Origin: Macrostomum hystrix
Lineage: Eukaryota; Animalia; Platyhelminthes
Reading direction: 5' to 3'
DNA length: 64,000 nt
Assembly: GCA_950097015.1 (NCBI GenBank)
Contig: CATNEN010000002.1
Coordinates: forward strand, 4,216,001 to 4,280,000
Part shown: positions 24,781 to 35,958 of the stretch, one piece after another
How the letters are laid out: every line of letters begins with the position of its first letter
Numbering within the stretch: the stretch's first letter is position 1
The notes under the pieces: model-generated
The model's database searches: none
What the model saw: the letters and a program-made list of their open reading frames with translations, nothing else
Told to the model about the DNA's origin: nothing
Made by a program: the position numbers and the translations under genes

Positions 24781-26750
24781 TCATATTTAGTTTAATTTCT
24801 GGAAATATTGTTTCAAATTTTTTTATTATCCACGTTAACTGATTTCGAGACATGTTGTTTAATTAACCATCGCTTTTAATTATATTAACTTGAAAATCAA
24901 ACATTTAAATTCTGATCAGTTAGTCGCTGTGTCACTACGCACTTAGCAACTATTTGATGGAATGAACGAATTAATACATGCATAGAGATTCTATTGGGTG
25001 TCAGCACAGGAGCTTTTGTGCGATTGATCCAAAATAAAAAAAAACGGTGTCGCTATATTACAGCATGCATTGCTAATGCAATGAGATGCAAACTATCAGG
25101 TCCCTTTGGGAATGGATTGATAGAGAAAACTTTGCACGACTGTCTACACCACAAAAAATCGATTTCAGGCGAGTTAGAAAATCAAAATGCGGATGAAAAC
25201 GATGGAATAAGATATTGAAAAGAATAGCATTCTCGTAAAAGTGCTGCTAAGTTCTAATCAGTTGGCTAGAATCATTCGAACTCCAAGCTTCATAGTGTAG
25301 GTCAGTGCTTTCGATGCAAAGCACCAGAGTCAAATGTTGGTTTTTTCACAGCCTCAAATAATTACATTGCGGAGCTAAACCTGATTAAATATTTTTCCGA
25401 AAACCAATTTCGGTCCGTTGATGCTGCTGTTTGACAGGGCAGCTGCTAAGCAGGGAAGATGAAATTACTGAGCGATGCGATATAATCCTCCACTCGCTCA
25501 GCCCACGGGAACCAAAGAAGGAAGAAAAAAGATTTATCACTGCCATGTGCAATGGCGTGATTGATTTCTTCGAGATAATTTGCCTATTTTAAGTCGCAGC
25601 GCGCACTTGTCTCTCACGCGGGGAGGCCCTGCAGCTCGTCGTATTTTCCAGTTAGGACTGACGACGAGGCGTCACTCGAGAACGGAGCTGCGTGGTATGA
25701 TAAACTAGTTCCACCCATGATCAACTACGACTCTAATGCAAACTGCGTTTTCACCAGGTTTGCTGGCTGGCCTTGGTATGGAATAGCCGAGACCAAATTG
25801 TCTGTCAATACACGGAGGAAATCAAGGAAGTGAACACTCCGAAATGGTTCTTGTACAGCCGCAATTGGCTTTCATTGCTGCTGCTTCCCTTTCATATGGT
25901 ATGCGCTTAAAGTGCGTTTTATATGTGAATTATTCTAGCCTGAACTGAAGCACAGAGTTCTGTTTTTCTTCTGTTTTCTCTTCACTTCGAAAACATGGAC
26001 AATCCAGACTTCATCCCACCGCTGCCACCAGGAACCCGGAGGAGCTACCGTTAACTCTAAAATTTTAATGTCCCTTTTGAATGCAATCAGAATAGCTAGG
26101 GCTTATTGTCTTCTAGAACTTGTATAATCCCGATCTCCCATAACTACCTGGAGGAAAACCTGGCCTTAAGCATGTCATTCTATAATGACCTATTGATCCA
26201 GTTTATATGAAGCAAGGCCAAATGGTTGGTTCTTTTATACTAAAAAAGTTTCACTTCTAAATTGGCTTTCTAACTAATGAGTCCGAAAGTGTTGGCCCAC
26301 AATCTCTCTGCATTGCCTGCATTCTAAATTGCAAACGCGAGATCTTGTGTGCGCGAGCTAAAGATTATGAAGCATCTGGCCGACAGCCAATAGGAAATGG
26401 GAAAGGAAAAATGGCGGTTTCTAGCACTCGCTGAAGGGATAGAGATGGAGAGATGAGAAGGGGAGACGCATCGCTATGAGTAGATTCTTAAAATCCCGGG
26501 TCCAAGCCACGACAGGCGACTCGCAGCCAGAGAGATTTTCTTCATTCCGCGCCTCGTTTATCATCATTTCCGATCCATCTGGAGAGTTGCCACTGTTTCT
26601 TTCAACTACAAAAGCTTGGATCCCTCGAAGACACTGTTGCAGACTAAGAGCTCATTGGGATTCGCACTACCAGCATCAGGTACGCTCAGAGCAGTAAACC
26701 AGACAAAAAAGAAAATACTTCAATTCTAACTTTCTCACCAAACGCCAGCA

Positions 26751-27656
26751 ATGCGGTCGCTGCTCATCCTGACGATTGCTCTGCTTTCCGCGATGATGTG
26801 AGTTCAAGACAGCTCAGAGTTTCTTGCAATCTCATTTTCGAGAGAGATTTTCCTAGCCCTAAGAAATCTTTCTAGGAAGACAAAAAATACTCGTACTAGC
26901 ATCCTTTGTTAGCCGTACAGTAAGAAATTTAACTTTAGCTTTGACGGTCGATTTTGTATAGGGCTTCGGGGTACAATAACTGTTAGACATGACTGGACTT
27001 GTTGAAGCCTCATTGGTTGGAGAAATATGTGGTTAATGCGGTCCGGTTATTCAAAAATGGATAGCTCATTTCGGGATTATCAATTTCAATTGATACATTA
27101 GTTTAATTACTTCATCATGTGTAATACATGTTAAAGGGTCTTGATAAGATGATAATTGATCACTTATTTAGGTTGCTTCTACTATATAGACATCTTTCTG
27201 TTTAATTTCAGATGCTCAGTTTCGTGCGCTGATCATCATCACGAAGATTACAAGGCTCTCCAGCAGGCTGATGATAGTTTGAGCTCCGACAAGCGCTTCA
27301 CTAGGTACCCCGACTTCATGCTCGACCGTGGCATCTTGAAGAAGCGCTTCACGAGGTACCCGGACTTCATGCTCGACCGCGGCATCCTGAAGAAGCGCTT
27401 CACGAGGTACCCGGACTTCATGCTCGACCGTGGCATCTTGAAGAAACGCTTCACGAGGTACCCGGACTTCATGCTCGACCGCGGCATCCTGAAACGCTTC
27501 ACAAGGTACCCGGACTTCATGCTCGACCGCGGCATCCTGAAGAAGCGCTTCACGAGGTACCCGGACTTCATGCTCGACCGCGGCATCCTGAAACGCTTCA
27601 CGAGGTACCCGGACTTCATGCTCGACCGCGGCATCCTGAAGAAGCGCTCAGAGTAA
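26751..27656 (+). CDS. Neuropeptide prohormone, join(26751..26797,27212..27656), 163 aa: signal peptide plus 7 copies of FTRYPDFMLDRGIL flanked by KR/KKR
   Basis: Exon 1 is MRSLLILTIALLSAM with donor GTGAGT at 26798 (phase 2). The acceptor TTTCAG at 27211 is in phase and completes a signal-like MRSLLILTIALLSAMICSVSCA. An acidic spacer and dibasic convertase sites follow. All differences between copies are synonymous or whole-codon. Confidence 0.9.
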
Positions 27657-28696
27657 ACAAAACAGTGTGCCGAGTGACGATTAGCAGACTGCTATTTTCA
27701 AAAGATGAAAGGAATGCTGTTTTGAAACAAATAGTTTGCACTGACCTTCCATCTTTTTGACTGAAACCAGAGCTTAATTAATTCCCGCCAAACATGGTAA
27801 AAAGCAGTTGGCTTACCCCCATTCTAAAGTGACGCCGTACAACCGAAAGCAGAGAAGCAATATGAAGCTCTGACATATCGACCCATAAGCTCAATAAACA
27901 TATAATCAGAAGAGAAAGTCCGCAGTTCGATTCAACTGCCTGGCTTTCTTTTAAGCCGCAATACAGTTTGTTTGTTACCTTGCTCTCTTAAATTTATTTG
28001 GATCGTTACTCTAATAAATAGTATAGAATAGTATAGTTGATTCGTTGTTCCTATCAAGTCTCTATCTAGTCTCTATACCTCTAGAAACTTCATTTTGTAC
28101 TAGCATAAAACAACTAGCCTCCTGGAGTTAGTTTGGAGCACAATATTCAAATAATACCTCGCAGAAGGTCAACATGTAAGACTGTTCGATAACAAGACCT
28201 CCCAGTTTCACCGCCGCACTGTTGCGTCCGGGGTTCGGGAGATGCACGTCCTCATATCACGGCGATTCGGCACGTCTTCCTTTTTGGAATAAAAAAACCC
28301 ATGAGCAGTCTCAATGTGGACGGCTCGAACTCGAACTCAATGTGGACGGTGTTCTGCTTTATTATCGAATCTACTTGTCCTGCTTTGCCTTTTGCTATGC
28401 TGCTGCTATAGCCCCCATCTAAAGCCAAGTGGTTTCTGGTTAGTTTTTTTCGAATCCCTCGAATTCGCTTATCTATTTCTGTGGGCAAACATTCAGTGGG
28501 CGGGAGCTGTTGCCGCATCTTTGACTGTATTTAATGTGAGTTGGAAGGCTGGAATAAAGTTTAGCACAGAGTGCCTCTAATCTAGAACCTGCGATAGCTT
28601 CGTTCTACTTTGAAAACCGGCAGTGCACAGGCTGCAGAAGTGCTTCAACAGAAAACCCGCAGCTCAGCATTGCTTGCTCCAGATTCTGAATACCCG

Positions 28697-31600
28697 ATGA
28701 GCATTCAACCACCCGAAGCGGTGGAAGCCGACCCTGTGTCAGTGGGCAACGGCGATCAAATCCCGGCTTCAGCTCCGCCTGAGCTTCGCACAATTATTAG
28801 ACAGAACAGAGGCCGACACTCTGGCTGGCAGCGGCTGAAGACATTCATCGGTGACAGCGGCGGCGGACGCGACACAGGCAGCAGTGGCGGTGGCGGTGGC
28901 GGTGGCGGCAGTGGTGTCGACAGCAGCAGCAGTGCCACTGTCGGCGGTGGCGCCAGACCTCGTCGAAAAACAAAGCGTTGTACGGCCGATACCGAGTCCT
29001 CAAACTGTTCAGCCCTGAATCGACTGGATCCTAATCGCGACACTATTAGCAGCCTGCTGCACACGCAGCCACCGGCAAACTGTGCAGAGAGCTGGCGCTT
29101 CTTGGCCATCCTGTTCAAGTGCCTGTTTTCATCCAAGGTGTTCCCAGACACGCAAAGTGAGCAGCTCTATCAAATGTACTTTCGCAGGCTGAACCACCGT
29201 CTGCTACTGGTGCTGGTGGCGACCTTGGCTCTGCTCAGCGTTGGCGCCGCCGTCACCCAGCTGCCGCAGATTGTGCGCGGACTATCGGCAACCTCCTTGC
29301 TGAAGCTGTGCATCAGCGCTGTCGCCGGAGTCGGCTTCTGCGGCCTCCTAGCTGGCATGCTTCGCTGCCGGGTTGGACTAACGAGGCAGCAGCACCTGAG
29401 CTACGGCCTGATGGTCTGCTTCCTGCTGCTGCAGCTCGCCAACCTTGTGCGCCTACCGGACGACCAAGATCCCCTGTGCTGGAAGACCAGCAGCGGCCTC
29501 TTCACCAGCTGCTTGCTAATCATCATTGCCTACCTGTTTCTGCCCCTCAGAGTGCGCAGCCTGCTGGGCTGCTGCGGCCTTGTCACTGCTGTGCACCTGT
29601 TGACCCGACTCACTGGCATGGACCGGCCTGACTTTGGCGCTGGGGTGAGCACTTTATCTGGCGGCTGCAGCTGAATAGTGCATCGGGCCCAACAGGGCTA
29701 GGTGTAAATATTACCTTTTTTCAATGCGAGTTTACTGTTGACAACTTTCATCATAAATGTGGCGTTGCTTTCACCAACCAATACCACGGTTGCCTGTTTA
29801 AATACCAAGTTTACATACTCAAGAACTCGGGCCAACTTCTTCTGAAATAATAATCAAGTCGCCAGCCCTTCATGCCATCGAGATATTCAACGGCTCTGTT
29901 TTTTTAGGGAAAACTATTTTTAGGGAATCCATGGCCAGCTAGAGGCACTCTGCTGACAAGTGCTGACGGCGTTGGGGTGGTAACTGATTGGTTGACAGAC
30001 TCGAAGAGGGTCTTGTGGTTGAGCCACGTCCCATATTGAGGCTTGATCAGAGAAATGGGAGAAATTTGCCTCATTTCTATTATTGATTGTTCACAAGCTA
30101 CATCTTATCTACGCCTTTCCTCGTTAGTTTCATTATCCGAATCAGTCTAATTGAGTACTAAATAGTGAATGAGATTAATGTATCTGATTCGGGAATAAGT
30201 GTTTGAAGATAATATAACGGCTAAGCTGCAGAATATTTTATTTCGGCAGGAACCTATAGTACAAAGACGTAGAAACACTGAAGCAGTTTTTTTACTGGAA
30301 TTTTTCTCAGCACTGCTCAGCAGAGGAGTTTTTCATCTAATATAAAATTTAGTTTCTGTTGCTAGAGCTTGATAGAATGCTAGCTTGGTGTTATTGACTG
30401 CTCGTTCTAGAAAACTGCTAATTGACCTAGCTTCCAAAACAAAATGGCTTCCTTCTGACTGACCCTAACCTTAATCGAGAAGTCGAAAAAATAGTCGAAA
30501 GGGGAGACTTGGCACGACTTGGCAAGGTCACCTAAGGTCACTTCATCGGAGCGTCAAATCACGCCACTTCCCGTTAAGTGTGCCAAACTTGAGACTGTCA
30601 GCTGATTAGGCTTACGGCGAATTCTAAAAAAAAGTGAGCAAACGACTCGATATATAGCAATAACGAAAACAGCGACTATGACAGTTTATAATGGGCTGTC
30701 CAACAATGATATCGCTGTCTAACTAATAGCGCCTAGAGCAACTCCGACCAACTCGATGCTCACAGGCCTCTAATTAGCACCGACAAGCCGCGCGCCGTAT
30801 CCGGCCCGCCCGTATCTGGCCCATTTGCTGTCCCCTGCTACGCCAATCGAGCTCCGGTCTAGCTACTTTACCCCATTGACGAATCCCCTCAGGGGTGTTC
30901 GCAGTGTCTTTTTTCTGTCCTCGTCCTCATTTTGGAGCTCTCACTGGCCGGGATAAAATACTTTTAGATAGATTTGGATACTGAAATTGTGAATGTGTAA
31001 GAATGAGTAGCAAAGACCAGAAGTCATGGGCTGGAGTGGATTAGGGGCATGAACTGGTACGGATTAGTGAGCTGATCCGCGTCAGCGCGAACGCCCGCCA
31101 GCTCGGTAATTTCCTCTTTAAATTTCTCCTCAAAGTCCATCTTTGTCTCAATCGACGCTCTCCAGATGAGTTCTTAATTATTTATTTAACACGTTTCTAA
31201 AGTTACAAAGCTGATTTAAAGAAGCTAAATTCACTAAAAACCAAAAAATAGTTTCTAGGAGCCAATTCACCACACATAATTTGATTTTAAGCTCAATTTC
31301 GTTTAATCTCGTTTCCTGTCAGTTAAACATAAGATGCTTTTAGAATGTACATCGTGTTTCAGTCTCCAAAATATTATGAAAGAATATGACTGGTCCATGT
31401 ACATTGAATTTTGTCCCTTTCGCCAATCATGGAGCCAGTTGCCGATCGAATGTACATAGAATTTCATCCCCGTCTATTATGAAGCCAGTTGCCTATTGAA
31501 TGTACATTGAATTTCGTGCCCCGCCTAGCATAAAGCCAGTTGCCTATCAAATCTACATTGAAATTTGACCCCGCCTAGCGCGTGAAGTCAGTTGCCTATC

Positions 31601-34600
31601 GAAAGTACATTGAATTTCTTCCCCCGCCTAGCATAAAGCCAGTTGACTATAAAATGTACATTGAATTTCGACCTCGCCCAGCATTAAGCTTGTAATTAAC
31701 GCACATTGAACATCCTCCCCTTGAAAAACTTATCGCTGGACCCACTTTAACAATCCTCAGTTGGCAGCGAACGCCTTCACCCTACTGGCCGCGAACATCA
31801 TCGGGTTGTTTGTACACGGACCAGTTGAAATGGGTCGCAGACAGACGTTCCTGGAGACGCGACGCTACGTGGACGCCAGGCTGCACGCTGAACTGGAGAA
31901 GGACAAGCAGGTGGCAAATCTTTTGAGGGGCTGTCCATTGCTTTAAAATGAAATGGAATTTAGAATTCGCATCCTAACCGTATGCTGTCCGTTGTGAGAA
32001 TGCTTGAGAACTCAGTTCATGGTTTTTGGGGAAGCCAGACAACCGGCTGGGAAAAGAAAATCAGGAAGTCCCACTGTGGCATCATCAAAAAGGTGACAAT
32101 GTCTGTCGATCGTCATGGTTAAATATCCCCTTTATCCTGAAAGCTTAGGATGCATTTTCAATTCTGCCCCCAACTCCCCGACACCTGGAGTGCCTCATTT
32201 TCCCCAATGCGATCCCCTGGGTCTGATATTGAATTTTCACATCTTTTACCTCCTCTCATCGACGCCGACAATGGCAGATCTGATTACCCCTGCCAGTAGA
32301 TAGCTCTGTGGACCACGGTTGAGTAAGATTTGAGCAGAGATTAAGAAAACTATGAGATTATTTCTAGATAGTTTGCAACCAAAGCTTAGTCTCAGAATTC
32401 ATCTGTCTCTCTTCTCTCATTGATCAATGCCAAATCAATTTTGTTGGCAGATAGAAATTTGGTCGGGTCCCTGTGCTATTCAAATATTTTCAGGGGCCAA
32501 GAAAGATTAGATCAATATGAAATAGGAACCAGGTGTTATTTTGGGAAAACTAAATAAACTTGAGCTGTTGTCCTTAAAACAATAATTTTCAGGATCGTCT
32601 AATTCTGTCTGTACTGCCGGGTCACGTGGCATTACCGCTGCTTTATCCGGAGAAGAATCAGTATCCAAAGTCGGTGTTTAACAAGGTCTACATTCAGAGG
32701 CACGATAATGTCAGGTAGGCCAATTTTTATTTACTTCTAACTTTGAAGAGCCAATTAGCGAATAGGGGAGTAGGGGAACTACTTCTTGAAGCTCCGATTG
32801 GCTGAAGAGAAAAAACATTTTTGGCCCAGCCAATCAGAGCGCATGGAATCACTTTGGGAACAGTCGATGACTCATAAAGTCGTTTGAAAAATGTCCAAAA
32901 AGCATGGAACTAGGGCCAATTAAATAGCTCACCTGCTCTGAGATGTAGGTCTGGCTCACCGAACAGCATCAGGTGATAGGGCCGGGTCCTTGGGGTAGAA
33001 GGAAGGAGTAAAGTCGGAGTCACGTAAAGAAAACACACGAATCGTACATTGTATAGTCGGTTGAGCAAACGGTTGATGCCAGATAACAGGAATGGAATTG
33101 GAAGACTGAATAAAACTTGGTCAACAATCGCATATTGCTGGTGAAGAACTTTTTTAGAAAAGTTTTTTTCCAGAAATTTTTCTACACTGTAAAGGCATGC
33201 TATTACTTTCTTGTAGGGATGTAAGAAGAGGGGCTTGGGAAAGAAAATTTGGAAAGTATTTGACTGTCACAAATGTCTAAAAAGGCGGACAGCCCTCTTG
33301 AGAAATGTAAGACCAGGTGTGATGTTGTCAGTGCATTTTTTTTGGTGTATTTTCTGAAGATTTTTCACAAGGACACACGCACGTGTGTGTGGGCTTTAAG
33401 CCAAGTTAGTAAAACCTGGTTTGGGGCTGATGACCTCAATCACTGTTCTCCGTCAAACCCGGAATCTCCACTGCAGTATCCTCTTCGCCGACATTTGCGG
33501 CTTTACAACTCTCTGCCGCCAGAACGACCCCCAGTTCATCGTTGGCCTCCTAAACGTGCTGTTTGCCCGATTCGATCGACTAGCCGAGTCGAACAAGTGC
33601 CTGAGAATCAAACTGCTTGGAGACTGCTACTACTGTGTGTCCGGACTGCCGGAGGCGAGGCCGGATCACGCGAGGTGCTGCGTGGAGATGGGCTTGGATA
33701 TGATCTCTACCATATCGTGAGTCTGCTCAATGGCTGGTTGGTTGGTTGGTTGGTTGGTTGGTTGGTTGGTTGGTTGGTTGGTTGGTCTCAATTTGCTTAT
33801 TTAGAAGTGGCACCACCTGATACTCTTGGCATGAAGACCAATTAATTGGCAGTCTTTGAGTGTGTCGAATACGCTAGATTTCCAATCACATATCTGCATC
33901 TGCATAAGAGCTTATACAGCCTATCTATCATGTTACAGTAACTTAAGCATGTTCTCACAATTTGAGAATTAGATAAGACGTGGCCTGCAACTGACTTTTC
34001 TCGGAGTCATAAAATCAGGTTATAAATAAATAAACAAAATTTAAAGCCGGTCACCGATTGTCGTTTTCAATTATTCACAAAGAAAATTTGGCTGACCAGA
34101 CTACAAAATGTGATCGAAAAGGAACCAAAAAGGAAAATTTTCTGTGGGATTAAAATAGTATTATATTCCCCTGACGTAAGGTCTTTGATATGCTTTGATT
34201 TACCCAGATGAAGCAAAATTATGCTTCGAATTCATGCAACGCTGGAGGATTAACCGTTCCACAAATCAATTAGCTCGTATATATTTTACTACTTCTCGAT
34301 CCGCTTCATACTCGTATAGAACTTTTTGAGCACAGTAGGCTTAAGTAAGGTAGGTTTCGGCCTTGCAGGTTTGAGCACTGTAGGTTTCAGCACTGAAGGT
34401 TTCAGCACTGTAGGTTTGAACACTGTAGTAGGTTTGAGCAACCTAGGTTTGAGCACTGTAGGTTTGAACACTCCGTTTCAGCACTGTAGGTTTGAACACT
34501 GTAGTAGGTTTGAGCAACCTAGGTTTGAGCACTGTAGGTTTGAACACTCAGTTTGAGCAATGTAGGTCTGGGCACTTTAGGTTTGAGAATTTTAGGTTTG

Positions 34601-35923
34601 AGCACTTTAGGTTTGAGCACTGTAGTAGGTTTGAGCACTGCAGTAGGTTTGAGCAACCTAGGTTTGAGCACTGTACGTTTGAGCACTTTAGGTTTGAGCA
34701 CTTTAGGTTTGAGCACTGTAGGTTTAAGCACTGTAGGTTTGAGCACTGTAGGTTTGAGCACTGTAGGCTTAAGCACTTTAGGTTTGAGCACTTTAGGTTT
34801 GAGCACTGTAGGTTTGAGCACTTTAGGTTTGAGCACTTTAGGTTTGAACACTCCGTTTCAGCACTGTAGGTTTGAACACTGTAGGTTTGAACACTCAGTT
34901 TGAGCAATGTAGGTCTGGGCACTTTAGGTTTGAGAATTTTAGGTTTGAGCACTTTAGGTTTGAGCACTGTAGTAGGTTTGAGCACTGCAGTAGGTTTGAG
35001 CAACCTAGGTTTGAGCACTGTACGTTTGAGCACTTTAGGTTTGAGCACTTTAGGTTTGAGCACTGTAGGTTTAAGCACTGTAGGTTTGAGCACTGTAGGT
35101 TTGAGCACTGTAGGCTTAAGCACTTTAGGTTTGAGCACTTTAGGTTTGAGCACTTTAGGTTTGAGCACTTTAGGTTTGAGTACTGTAGGTTTGAGCACTG
35201 CAGGTTTGAGCACTATTGGTTTTAGAATAGTAGGTTTAAGCACAGAAGGTTTGAGCACTGTAGGTTTGAGATTTTGAGAGTTCAGAGTTCAGACCTTTAC
35301 GTTTAATTTGAGCATATTCTGACACTGCTCACTCGATGCCACCAAAGTCTGGTTCGCGTGATGACGGAGGCCCCTGTGGACATGCGAGTCGGCATCCACA
35401 CTGGAAGGGTCCTGTGCGGAGTTCTCGGCCTGGTCAAGTGGCAATTCGATGTCTGGTCTCGCGACGTCTACCTGGCTGAGATTCTGGAGTCCAGCGGTCT
35501 GCCTGGCCGAGTGCACATCACCGAGCAGACACGGGACTGCCTGGATGGCGCCTACCTAGTAGAGGACGGCGACGGGGCTAGTCGGCATCCGTACCTGCGC
35601 GAGCATCAGGTGAGATGGCGGTTGAAATCCAAGTATCACACCCAGTACATGGCTCTAAAATTTGACACATGTTAGACATGATGCCAACCTGTGAGACACG
35701 ATTCTAACCTCTAAGACAGGATTCTAACCTGTTAGATACGATTTCAACCTGTTAGACGCTATTCAAAGTTGTTAGATACGATTATAATGTATTACACATC
35801 ATTTACGGAACTATCATTTAACTTGCTTAAAATATTATCCAATCCAATCAACAGGTTAAGACATTTCTTGTCCTGCCGCCAACACAGCAGCAGGAGCAGC
35901 AGCAGCAGCAACAGCAGCAACAA

Positions 35924-35958
<35 letters not shown>

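Noticed and set aside
23400-25250. LTRs flanking the Gypsy fragment
   Set aside because: I found no direct repeats, PBS or polypurine tract on either side.
27156-27211. Track start MITYLGCFYYIDIFLFNFR as the neuropeptide N-terminus
   Set aside because: This is intron sequence ending in a polypyrimidine-AG acceptor. The real signal peptide starts in the 26751 exon.
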